Shown here: positions 18,225 to 26,879 of the stretch, piece after piece
Layout: each line of letters begins with the position of its first letter
Numbering within the stretch: the first letter of the stretch is position 1
Source of the DNA: Candidatus Acidiferrales bacterium
GTDB taxonomy: Bacteria; Acidobacteriota; Terriglobia; Acidiferrales; UBA7541
DNA length: 64,000 bases
Reading direction: 5' to 3'
Assembly: GCA_035262725.1 (NCBI GenBank)
Contig: DATFSH010000012.1
Location: 688 to 64,687, forward strand
Program-made: the position numbers and the translations under genes
Notes under the pieces: model-generated
The model's input: the letters and a program-made list of their open reading frames with translations, nothing else
Told to the model about the DNA's origin: nothing
The model's database searches: none

Positions 18225-18980
18225 ATGCGAAGAAGGAGTCTTTTAATTCTGGTCTTGGCGCTGGCGGGCGTATCTCCTTCGCTTCATGGCCAAGATCAGA
18301 AAGCAGAAATTCAAAAGAAATTGAGCGCGGACTTCAAGCGAACTACGCTGACGGCCGACCGATCGGATGTAGCCAAAGCGGGCACCGTTCTGACGCTGCA
18401 CAAAGACAACCTGCTGATGTGCAGCATGGAAGCACATGGCGCTCCGACGAATACTTATAAGAATGGAGCGATCTCCATGGGGCTGGGCGCCACGATGTCG
18501 TGGAACATGTCGTTGAGCTCCGCGGGGCAGCAAGCCGCGAATATTCCGCAGCGCAAGTTCGTGAGCGGCGAAAAAATTTGGCTGGCTGATTTCCAGGTGA
18601 AAGAGGACGGCGTCTATTTGCTATTTTACAGCGACCCGTTTGACAACGTCCGTTACTACGGACAGCTGAAATTTCCGGTTTCGAAGGGCTCCTTTCCGCC
18701 GGCAGACGCAACGATGAAGACAATCACCGAGGTGGTGACGGACGATAGCGCCAGCCAGGAGGCTGCGCCGGCGGAAACTGCTGCGCCGCAAGCTCCGGCG
18801 GGGGGTGGACAAGCGCCACCGGCAGCGACCAAGACCATCACCCTGGGGCAGACGGAGGATGAAGTGGTGCGGATTCTCGGGGCGCCGCAGAAAAAAGTGA
18901 ATCTGGGCACGAAGGAAATTTACTTTTACCCAGACATGAAGGTGATCTTCATCAGCGGCAAGGTCGCCGACGTTCAATAG
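18225..18980 (+). CDS. Secreted protein of unknown function with BamE/SmpA-like C-terminal module (paralog A)
   Basis: ATG at 18225 after GGAGGG. Signal peptide, a conserved domain of about 150 aa, a Pro/Ala/Gln linker, and the C-terminus 'ITLGQTEDEVVRILGAPQKKVNLGTKEIYFYPDMKVIFISGKVADVQ'. Confidence 0.7.
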   Translation: MRRRSLLILVLALAGVSPSLHGQDQKAEIQKKLSADFKRTTLTADRSDVAKAGTVLTLHKDNLLMCSMEAHGAPTNTYKNGAISMGLGATMSWNMSLSSAGQQAANIPQRKFVSGEKIWLADFQVKEDGVYLLFYSDPFDNVRYYGQLKFPVSKGSFPPADATMKTITEVVTDDSASQEAAPAETAAPQAPAGGGQAPPAATKTITLGQTEDEVVRILGAPQKKVNLGTKEIYFYPDMKVIFISGKVADVQ

Positions 18981-19037
18981 CGGGCGTGTGGTGCCTGGTC
19001 GGCGCTATAACGCCACTGCTTAAGGAGAGCTCCAACT

Positions 19038-19364
19038 ATGCGTATGCTACTGAAGGTATCGATACCAGTGGAAGCGGGCAACGCGGCGGCTCGAGGCGGA
19101 AATTTGGGTGAGACGATCAAACGGATTCTTGACGATTTAAAACCGGAGGCCGCGTACTTTGCCGAAGACAACGGCGAGCGGACTGGTTACATTTTCTTCG
19201 ATATGAAGGATTCGTCGCAATTGCCTGCCATCGCTGAGCCGTGGTTTCTAGCATTCAATGCGCGCTTGACGGTGCGGCCTGCGATGAACGCGCAGGATCT
19301 AGCGAATGCGGCGCCAGGAATCGAAAGGGCGGTTCAGGGATTCGGCAAAGCCGCGAAGGCTTGA
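19038..19364 (+). CDS. Small cytoplasmic protein of unknown function (108 aa)
   Basis: Clean ORF with GGAGAG RBS. '[55 protein letters not shown]' looks like a compact alpha/beta protein. No family name can be assigned with confidence. Confidence 0.6.
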   Translation: MRMLLKVSIPVEAGNAAARGGNLGETIKRILDDLKPEAAYFAEDNGERTGYIFFDMKDSSQLPAIAEPWFLAFNARLTVRPAMNAQDLANAAPGIERAVQGFGKAAKA

Positions 19365-19366
19365 TC

Positions 19367-19388
19367 AATAGGCTCTGAAGAGCCTATT
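19367..19388 (+). terminator. Hairpin immediately after the 19038..19364 gene
   Basis: AATAGGCTC-TGAA-GAGCCTATT, a 9-bp perfect stem 3 nt after the stop codon. No U-tract follows. Confidence 0.4.
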
Positions 19389-19419
19389 AAGATTGCTGCG
19401 GCACTTGCACACAGGCATC

Positions 19420-19454
19420 AAAAAAATCGCGGGCACATGGCGCGTGCCCGCGAT
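19420..19454 (-). terminator. Rho-independent terminator of the 19474..20274 gene
   Basis: On the minus strand: ATCGCGGGCAC-7 nt loop-GTGCCCGCGAT (11-bp perfect stem) followed by TTTTTTT. It starts 20 nt after the stop codon. Confidence 0.8.
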
Positions 19455-19473
19455 TCTGAAAATCTGCTGAGCT

Positions 19474-20274
19474 TTACTGAACGTCTGCTACTTTGCCGCC
19501 GATAAAAGTTACCTTGATGTCCTTGTAGACGAAAATCTCCTTGGAACCCAGGGCGATTTTCTTTTCCGGCTGACCGATCATGCCGACCACCTCATCCTCG
19601 GTCTGGCCGAGTTGGATTGTCGGAGGAGGCTGAGCAGGAGCCTGTTCCTGAGCAGCTTGCTGCTGCCCCTGGTCTTGTCCCTGTTGTTGATTGCCCGCTT
19701 GCTGTTGATCTCCCTGAGCCGAATCGTCCTGCTGGACTTTGAGGACTTCGCCAACCATGTTCAAGACCTGATCGGCGGGAGGAGTCTGGCCATGTGGGTA
19801 GACGAATTTGAGAGTGCAATAATAACGAACGTCATTAACGGCGTCGGTGAACAGAGTGAAAACAACGCCGTCAGCCAGCGTGTCAATCCTGGTGACCCAG
19901 AACTTCTCTCCAGTGACGTAGTATCGCGTGGTGACGCTCTTCGGAGGCGGATGACCGATGAAGGTGCCGAAACTCTGCGCCTTCTCATGCGCCGCAAAAG
20001 CGCCCGCAGAAAGCTTGCCGTCCTTGTAGGTGTTCTGGGGCGGCGCGCCGGTGGTCGTGGCGTACATCAATAGCCTATCCTTCTCCAGAATGAGAACGGA
20101 GCCGGCGGTGACGATATCGGTTTTGTCAGCGGTGGTCTTGGTGATGGCGTACTTCGTTTCCAACTGCTTCTGGAGTCCAACCGCCTGGTCCGCCCGGCTG
20201 GGAGTTACGCCGAGAGACGAAAATAAGATTGCTGCCACAGCGATTGACTCAACGAATGCTCTCCGCGAAACCAT
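19474..20274 (-). CDS. Secreted protein of unknown function with BamE/SmpA-like C-terminal module (paralog B)
   Basis: Same architecture as 18225..18980. Shared strings include 'TADKTDIV.AGSVL.L.KD.LLM', 'NTYK.G', 'V.GEK.W', 'NDVRYY..LKF' and 'PPAD'. A Gln-rich linker precedes the C-terminus 'IQLGQTEDEVVGMIGQPEKKIALGSKEIFVYKDIKVTFIGGKVADVQ'. Confidence 0.7.
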   Translation of the reverse strand: MVSRRAFVESIAVAAILFSSLGVTPSRADQAVGLQKQLETKYAITKTTADKTDIVTAGSVLILEKDRLLMYATTTGAPPQNTYKDGKLSAGAFAAHEKAQSFGTFIGHPPPKSVTTRYYVTGEKFWVTRIDTLADGVVFTLFTDAVNDVRYYCTLKFVYPHGQTPPADQVLNMVGEVLKVQQDDSAQGDQQQAGNQQQGQDQGQQQAAQEQAPAQPPPTIQLGQTEDEVVGMIGQPEKKIALGSKEIFVYKDIKVTFIGGKVADVQ

Positions 20275-20407
20275 GGTTCCTCACTTATAAATTTCTGCGA
20301 CGCCGAAACATCGGGAATCGTTAGGGGTTAATTTTGGAGCGGAGTCGCGGGAGCCGGAACAAATGCGCTCTGGCTCCCGCGTCCAATCAACTGCGTTACA
20401 TGCCGCG

Positions 20408-22246
20408 TTACTTGCCGCCTTGGCTTGAACCGGCCTGTTGCTGCTGCACTTCCGCTTCGGCCGCGTCGGCATCCTTCTGCTGATCGTTCAACTGCGCCTC
20501 CACATCGAGGTCAGGTTCCACTTTTCCGTCGGGATTCACGCGCCCGCCAGGCTTCGGACCGGCAGGAATGCCATCCTTGCCCTGCTTTTCGGCGAGCGTC
20601 TTGAGACCCTGATCGAGCTGTTCGCGGAAGTGATTATGCATTTCCTGAAGATCGTCCACGGCCATCGCCACTTGCGAACCAGAATTGCAGTCGCCCTTCT
20701 GGCTGCTGCTGACGAGGACCTTCACGTTCTTGTTATCGTCCGGAGTGTCGTCAATGCGGGTTACGACATCACCGGGAGAGAGAGAGCAGTCGGAACCGTC
20801 GGGAGCCTGCTCGGTGAGAACGGTGGCAACGATAAAAGTCCGGTGATTGGGATCGAGCGCGGCAGGCACTTCTTCCTGCTGAGCTCCAGCGCCTCCGGCC
20901 GACGCACTCTGCTGACCACCTGCTGCTGCCCCAGTTGAGCCGGAAGCCGGTGCGACGGCTTGGGCTTTTTCGGCCTCAAGTTGAGCGCGCACTTCATCTG
21001 CAATGGCTTGCTTTACTTCGGGAGTAAGGGCCGGGCCGGCATTGTCGCCGCCTCCGGCGTTATCGGCTTGGCCTCCGCCAGCATAGTCACCCATTGCCCT
21101 GGCGTTCGCCGCTGCGGCCGCATTGGCATTGGCCTGAGCTTGCGCTTCATAGGCTGCCTGCAGGTTCTGGCTGATCAAGTAGTCCGTCATCCAAAGCGCT
21201 GCACTGGCATAGACCGGATACGGATTGAAGTAGTAGCCATAGTATCCGTACCACGGCGCTGCGCCCCAGCCCCACGAGTATGCAACTGGCGCTGCCCACG
21301 GGTTGTATGCCCAGCCGTAGAATGCCGGGCCGTAGTAGTAAGCCGGGACGTAGCCGTAGTAGCAGCAATATCCGCGGTAATAGTAGCCGCGGTAGCCGTA
21401 GGCATAGTAGTGGCCGTGATAGTAGTAGGTGCGGCTAGAGTAATAGTGACCGCCCCGAGCATAGCGGTGATCCACATATCCGCGGCCTCGGCCGGTGTTC
21501 ACCGTGCGCACGTGCTCGCCCTTTGCGTTTACGTGCTCGGACGAAATCGTCCGGCCGCCGCGAGCGTTGCGATTGATGGTGGCACCCTTGGCTGTGTGGA
21601 CCTGACTAACATGCCCGTTGGAGTTGACGCGAGCCGTTGCGCCGCTCTTGGTGCTGACAGTTTTCGGAGTCGCCGCCTTGCCTGCTCCGCCGCCTTTGGT
21701 GCTCGATGTGCCGGCGCCTTTGCCACCTGCGCCCGCTCCGCTGCTCTTGCCGCCAGTCGCAGCGGTGTTGGTCTTGCCGGCCCCAGCAGCAGTCGTGGAT
21801 TTGCCGCCGGCCGCAGTCGTCGTAGTCTTTCCGCCGCCAGCGGTCGTCGTGGTCTTGGCACCGCTCGCGGTGGTGGTTGTCGTGCTCTTACCAGCCGCCG
21901 CACTGGTCGTGGTCTTGCCGCCTGCTGTCGTTGTAGTAGTGGCGCGACCGCCGGTCGTGGTGGTTGTGTGGCCGCCGTTAGTTGTGGTGGTTGTGTGGCC
22001 ACCGGTGTTAGTCGTCGTGGTGTGACCGCTGGTGTTCGTGGTGGTATGACCGGCGCCACCTCCGCCGCTAGGATGGCTTCCGCCGCCACCGCCGCCTGAC
22101 GGGTGCGGCGCTGGCGCGGATTTCGGCGCCGAACCACCACCGCCTCCTCCTCCTTTATTCTTCTGAGCGTGAGCGATGCCGGGAGCGAGAATGAGGGCGA
22201 CCAAAACAAACAAAAACTGAATGAATCTTTGATTCAACTGGGCCAT
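20408..22246 (-). CDS. Secreted low-complexity protein: Gly/Thr nonapeptide repeats + Tyr/Trp/Gly-rich block + Ala/Gln coil + globular C-terminal domain
   Basis: 612-aa ORF with signal peptide 'FLFVLVALILAPGIAHA|Q'. Residues ~31-195 are G/T repeats (GGHTTTTTN, GGKTTTTAA...). Residues ~257-346 hold about 31 Tyr and 5 Trp by hand count. Confidence 0.7.
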   Translation of the reverse strand: MAQLNQRFIQFLFVLVALILAPGIAHAQKNKGGGGGGGSAPKSAPAPHPSGGGGGGSHPSGGGGAGHTTTNTSGHTTTTNTGGHTTTTTNGGHTTTTTGGRATTTTTAGGKTTTSAAAGKSTTTTTASGAKTTTTAGGGKTTTTAAGGKSTTAAGAGKTNTAATGGKSSGAGAGGKGAGTSSTKGGGAGKAATPKTVSTKSGATARVNSNGHVSQVHTAKGATINRNARGGRTISSEHVNAKGEHVRTVNTGRGRGYVDHRYARGGHYYSSRTYYYHGHYYAYGYRGYYYRGYCCYYGYVPAYYYGPAFYGWAYNPWAAPVAYSWGWGAAPWYGYYGYYFNPYPVYASAALWMTDYLISQNLQAAYEAQAQANANAAAAANARAMGDYAGGGQADNAGGGDNAGPALTPEVKQAIADEVRAQLEAEKAQAVAPASGSTGAAAGGQQSASAGGAGAQQEEVPAALDPNHRTFIVATVLTEQAPDGSDCSLSPGDVVTRIDDTPDDNKNVKVLVSSSQKGDCNSGSQVAMAVDDLQEMHNHFREQLDQGLKTLAEKQGKDGIPAGPKPGGRVNPDGKVEPDLDVEAQLNDQQKDADAAEAEVQQQQAGSSQGGK

Positions 22247-22821
22247 TTCACTGCCTCCTGATCACGCAAATCTTTTATTCTCCGCTTCACCATTAAGAAT
22301 GTGCAGCATCCCCGAAACTCAATTCCCACGCATCACGCACAACCTGCCGCGCTTTCACAACTGGAAGCCGCCAACGGAAACATCCAGGGCGATGGCAGCT
22401 TCGTCCGAATTAGAACGTAAGGAACGCGATGAATCCCCGATTTTCGCCGGAATCTTGACCAAACAATAGGGCAGAGTAACTTGCCATGTCAACTCCAGCG
22501 GCGCTCCTGGTTTCGCGCAGGCCGTCACCGCCTAAAGGTAGATCCTTCCAAGCCAGCTATCGGCCAGGCTCTAGCGCTCAGGTCAGTCGGATTGATCCGT
22601 CGAATCGAAACACCCGTCACTTCGCATTGCGTATTTCCCGACCGTTTCCCGTCACGATGGATTCGAGAATCGGCCAGATTCAAACTTTTCACACACGGAC
22701 GCTGTGATTCCTTGCCAGGAGGCCGACTTTCTGCATCCAAGTGAGATTGTCAGAGCTTGCGGCGCGTTGCCTCGCGTTTTTTCCTCGGTTATCATTTGAA
22801 ACAACCGAGGCGCCGCGGGGG

Positions 22822-23526
22822 ATGCTGGTGCGTCTGACGACGGTGCAAAGAATGTCAGAGGGCGACAAACAAGTGGGAAGGGTGAGCACTCCCGTGCTGA
22901 GCATACTGGTTGCTCTCGGCGTCATCGCGCTTCTCGCATGCGCTGAATATGCGATCCCACGATGGTTGTATCCGGGACCGGGCGAGAGCGGATCGTTCTT
23001 CTCGTCGAATAGCCCCGCATCTCGCCCCGCACCGGCGGCAAAACCGGAATCGGCTTCCGATTCTGCTTCCTTCCACAACGACGCGAGGCCTGCGAAAAAA
23101 CACATCCCCACGCGCAAATCCCGTGCGGATGCCGGAGCGAGCTCGCATGCATCGCCAGCTGCGGATCCTCAGGGTTCATCTGAATCGCAAGATGCCAGCC
23201 AACCATCGCGTACGGCTGAACAACCGCTCGCCGCTGACGAAAGTTTACGCGCGACGGAAGAGGCAACCGCACATCTCGTGGAATTAGAGCGTGAAGAACG
23301 CGACCGTCTTTTCGATCGCGCCCGAGCAATGAAAGACCGAATCGAAGCAGCTCAGAAGCGGCAGCCTGCGCCGCGCGAAGATCTTGCGTTCTCGCAACAA
23401 CGATTCCAAAACGACCTGAGCCAGGCAGACGCCGCTCTAAGATCTGCGGATGTGCAGAAAGCGAAAGTCTACCTGGACCTGGCCAAAGGCGAGCTTGAGA
23501 CGATCGCGAAACTCCTCGGCCGTTAA
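22822..23526 (+). CDS. Membrane-anchored protein with disordered Ser/Pro/Ala region and C-terminal coiled coil
   Basis: ORF 22741..23526. ATG candidates at 22822 and 22852. TM segment 'VLSILVALGVIALLACA', then a low-complexity region, then helical 'LVELEREERDRLFDRARAMKDRIEAAQKR...'. The start is uncertain. Confidence 0.5.
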   Translation: MLVRLTTVQRMSEGDKQVGRVSTPVLSILVALGVIALLACAEYAIPRWLYPGPGESGSFFSSNSPASRPAPAAKPESASDSASFHNDARPAKKHIPTRKSRADAGASSHASPAADPQGSSESQDASQPSRTAEQPLAADESLRATEEATAHLVELEREERDRLFDRARAMKDRIEAAQKRQPAPREDLAFSQQRFQNDLSQADAALRSADVQKAKVYLDLAKGELETIAKLLGR

Positions 23527-23571
23527 GAGACGCCGCAGAAATCCCCCATCTGGAATGAAAGTTACGGTTCA

Positions 23572-24753
23572 TTAGCTCGCTCGCAGAACCTTCATCCAGT
23601 GCAATGTGACCGGTTTGGGTTCGAGGGCTTCAATCTCGATTTCGGCTGCAGGTCCTTCCGTCTGTTCGCGCCAGCGGTAAACACCGGGCTCGGTCTCTTC
23701 ACGGATGCGGCCGCTCGCCGGACGCAAAAACTCGCGCGCGTCATCGAGCGAAGCAGTTTCGCGCGTAGCGGGCCGCGAGAGCGCTTCTACGGCGTAGCTC
23801 CGCAGGAGTTTGGGCCAGTAGGTCTCGAATAGAGAGGCGGACGCGAACACATCACTCCACGCCACTTCGCCGCCGAAGGCCACCACCACTCCAACTACGT
23901 CGTGGTCCTTCGTCGTTCGCTCGAACCGCTTTTGCAATTGCCCGGCCAGTTCTTCGACGGATCTTCCGACGCGCGGCGACTCATAGATTTGTTTGTAGGA
24001 CATTGTCGGAGCATTTGAAGCGATCACCGCATCCACATCGTTCTGAGAGAGTGCTGGTGCTGCCGCGGGAGCGCCTGTTGCTGTTCTCGAGCCCGCCGTC
24101 GTGCCGGCGCGAGCGCTGCTCATCGGAGCAGCTCCGCGCACAGCCGCCCACACCTGCGCCTGGCTTTGATCCACGGCTGCTTTCTCGCGCACACTCGGAT
24201 GCACGATCGTGCCGGAAGCTTTGAATTTATCCGTGCCGCCCGTCCAGCGCCCGTGCTCGACGCAGAAAACGCTGAGCGGAAGCGGATCAGCACCAATCGG
24301 AACGATGCGGTCCTTTCCGATCACTCGATCCTGCTTGCCGCCCGAAACCACTTCTCCTGCGAGAAGAAGGAGCGGGCGTTTGCCGCGGTTGATGAGCACC
24401 AGCTGATTTACCTGCGCGCTGCCGTAGGAAGCAGCACCGCCGCCATCGTCTCGAGTGCGGCGCATATAACTGCCTTGCTCGGTGACAATGGCGTCGCCTG
24501 AAGCGAGGGCCTCATCAAGCGTGGCGAATCCGCTCGTTTCGGCTTGCCGCGAAGCGTATACGGGAAACACGGTGAGGTTTTCGTAGGTGACGGCCTCGCC
24601 GAGCCGCCAGCCTCGAGCGGATTTTTCGTCACCGCCAGAAGCGGCGCGGACATTTGAATCGGCGTTGGTCATAAGAATTACTCCCGCCGCCAGGGCGAGA
24701 ACGGAAAGTGCGAGTATTCCGAAGACGTTAGTGCTCTTGGGTCTGGGTGCCAT
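23572..24753 (-). CDS. Membrane-anchored DUF6569/ARPP-1-like protein (unknown function)
   Basis: ATG at 24753. TM anchor, then 'YENLTVFPV', 'LVLINRGKRPLLLLAGEVVSGGKQDRV', 'PLSVFCVEHGRW' and 'VGVVVAFGGEVAWSDVF..YWPKLLRSYAVEAL'. These match my recollection of that uncharacterised family. The family name is tentative. Confidence 0.55.
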   Translation of the reverse strand: MAPRPKSTNVFGILALSVLALAAGVILMTNADSNVRAASGGDEKSARGWRLGEAVTYENLTVFPVYASRQAETSGFATLDEALASGDAIVTEQGSYMRRTRDDGGGAASYGSAQVNQLVLINRGKRPLLLLAGEVVSGGKQDRVIGKDRIVPIGADPLPLSVFCVEHGRWTGGTDKFKASGTIVHPSVREKAAVDQSQAQVWAAVRGAAPMSSARAGTTAGSRTATGAPAAAPALSQNDVDAVIASNAPTMSYKQIYESPRVGRSVEELAGQLQKRFERTTKDHDVVGVVVAFGGEVAWSDVFASASLFETYWPKLLRSYAVEALSRPATRETASLDDAREFLRPASGRIREETEPGVYRWREQTEGPAAEIEIEALEPKPVTLHWMKVLRAS

Positions 24754-24891
24754 TTGGAAGTCCCCCTTGGCCGGTCTCCCCGCCTGGAGCCACTTCGCGG
24801 CCTTCGGTGATGAGAACGAGCGGGCACAGTTTCCTTGCACGTTTTTTTGAAGGAAATTAGCAGGGTTGGAGCAGGCGGTAACGGCCTAAGT

Positions 24892-25518
24892 CTAGAGGTG
24901 TTCCCGGTACTTCTGCTGCTTTTCGCGCTTCTTGCGGTCTTCTTCTTCCTGGTGCTCGAACTCGACCATCTCTTCTTCGCTCATCTGGTAGTCCTCGCGG
25001 GAGGCGAACATGGCGCCGCTGCGCTTGTCGCGCGCGGAACGGGAGCCGTGGCGGCGACGGCGGATGGTGAAGTCCATGCTGCGGATCGGGGAGGCTATGG
25101 CTCCCGCTTCCACCAGAAGATCGCCCACTTTCTCGAGGAATTCATTCAGATGATAGGGCTTGAGCGAATAGGGCAGGCCTTCCCGCTCGAGCACCGGCTG
25201 AGTCTCCTTCGCCGCGAGAATCGGAATAAGGAAAAGTACGCGAATGCGCTTCGGCCGGGCGGCATCGATTTCGGCGTCAGCGGGTGCGTCGGCTTGCCCT
25301 TGGGCGAGCTCCTTGAGGGTGGTGAAAATCGGGCCGCGGATGTCGGTAAGCGCCACGTTGACGATCACCAGGCTCCAGGCGCCGCTGGCAATCTCCGCCA
25401 TCGCGTGGGAGGCCAGCGTGACGATCCGGACGCGCCAACCTTCGGAATCGAGGACGTTTTTGAGCGCGCGTTGGCTCACGATATCGTCGTCAATGATCAG
25501 GATCCCGACTTCGGCCAC
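24892..25518 (-). CDS. Single-domain response-regulator-like protein with Asn at the phospho-acceptor position and a charged C-terminal tail
   Basis: 'ILIIDDD' acidic pocket and a 'SLKPY' Lys are present. The expected acceptor Asp reads 'SLVIVNVALTD'. The C-terminal ~70 aa are Arg/Glu/Lys-rich. Confidence 0.7.
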   Translation of the reverse strand: MAEVGILIIDDDIVSQRALKNVLDSEGWRVRIVTLASHAMAEIASGAWSLVIVNVALTDIRGPIFTTLKELAQGQADAPADAEIDAARPKRIRVLFLIPILAAKETQPVLEREGLPYSLKPYHLNEFLEKVGDLLVEAGAIASPIRSMDFTIRRRRHGSRSARDKRSGAMFASREDYQMSEEEMVEFEHQEEEDRKKREKQQKYREHL

Positions 25519-25728
25519 GGTTGAGTAACCTCGACTCGCTTGCTATGCATACCCTATCGGCTAATCCCTCGAGTATAAGCCGGCCCACGGGGGCGGCAAT
25601 TTTGATTCGCCCGGGGGCGTGCCTAGAGGACATCCTGCCTCTACGGACAGGCGAAATAAAAGCGAAACTTTCACTTGACAAAGCGAAAAAAAAGCGAATA
25701 AGATGCAACTCGTGCAGCGAGGCTTGCA

Positions 25729-26871
25729 ATGGCCACTCTTCCCATACTTCGAGCCGAACCGCCGATGCTCCCGCGTCGGAGGCCCCGGCCGAATCAGACC
25801 AGTCTCACCCTTTTCCCCACAGCCGCTCGCCACGGCGATAGTGAGTCACCTGGCAGTGCTTCCGCGCCCACTCCGGTCCCTGACCGGAGGACGAAGCCTG
25901 CTACGGAACTGGTCGGCATCGCACGCCTCGCTGCTTCCTCCCCCTGCGCGGATGCCAAGCGCGGGACGGAATATTTCCTGCTGCCCGTCCGGTCGATACT
26001 GAACCACTGCGATTCTGAGCGCGTGCCGTTCGCTTGGACCGTGAATCCCTACCGGGGATGCGAATTCGGATGCAAGTATTGCTACGCGCGCTATACCCAC
26101 GAGTATATGGAGCTGGACGGCGGGGATTTCGAATCGAAGATTTACGTGAAGCAGAATGCCGGGCCGGTGACGGAGCGCGACCTGGCGAACGAGAAAATCT
26201 GGGGCGAGCACATCGCCATTGGGACTGCTACCGATCCCTACCAGCCTGCCGAGAAAGAATTCGGCGCCACGCGGGCGGTCCTGGAAAAAATGGCCGAGCG
26301 CGAAGGGCTGAGCCTCTCCATCACGACAAAGTCGAATCAGGTGGTGCGCGATATCGACGTGATCAAGCGGATTTCCGAGCGGTCGTCGATCACGATTCAT
26401 ATGACGGTGACGACGCTGCGCACGCGGCTTGCGCGGATGCTGGAGCCTCGCGCGCCACGCCCGGATTTGCGGCTGGCGGCGTTGCGACAAGTGCGCGACG
26501 CGGGAATCAATGCAGGCGTGAACGCGATGCCTGTGTTACCGGGATTGACGGATCGCGAACAGGATTTGGATGCGCTGGCACGCGCTGCTCGTGACGCAGG
26601 TGCGCAGTGGATTGCGGCGAGCGTGCTGTTCCTGATGCCGTCATCGCTCAAGCAATTTCTGCCGTTCATCGATGCGAAATTTCCGAAGCTGGGGAAGCGC
26701 TACCGCGAATGGTACCAGCGCAAAGGCTATGCGCCGGAAGAGTACCGAAAGGAGATTTCCGAGCGGTTCGAACATCTGCGCCGGAAGTACGGGCTCAGTT
26801 CGAGACCGGAGCGCTACAGCGCGAGCAAGCAGTGGAGGTCGCCGCAATTGGCGCTAGAGCTTTCGGTGTAA
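25729..26871 (+). CDS. Radical SAM protein, SplB/PA0069-like (COG1533-type)
   Basis: 'NPYRGCEFGCKYCYARY' (CxxxCxxC cluster motif). It is preceded by a Pro/Arg/Ser-rich N-terminal region of about 95 aa. The start is uncertain. Confidence 0.75.
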   Translation: MATLPILRAEPPMLPRRRPRPNQTSLTLFPTAARHGDSESPGSASAPTPVPDRRTKPATELVGIARLAASSPCADAKRGTEYFLLPVRSILNHCDSERVPFAWTVNPYRGCEFGCKYCYARYTHEYMELDGGDFESKIYVKQNAGPVTERDLANEKIWGEHIAIGTATDPYQPAEKEFGATRAVLEKMAEREGLSLSITTKSNQVVRDIDVIKRISERSSITIHMTVTTLRTRLARMLEPRAPRPDLRLAALRQVRDAGINAGVNAMPVLPGLTDREQDLDALARAARDAGAQWIAASVLFLMPSSLKQFLPFIDAKFPKLGKRYREWYQRKGYAPEEYRKEISERFEHLRRKYGLSSRPERYSASKQWRSPQLALELSV

Positions 26872-26879
26872 GAGCCTTG

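Noticed and set aside
20960-22099. 379-aa plus-strand ORF opposite the Gly/Thr/Tyr-rich gene.
   Set aside because: Its product is Arg/Ala/Val/Cys junk without a signal peptide or motifs. The minus-strand frame has a clean signal peptide, an RBS-compatible start and a structured C-terminal domain.
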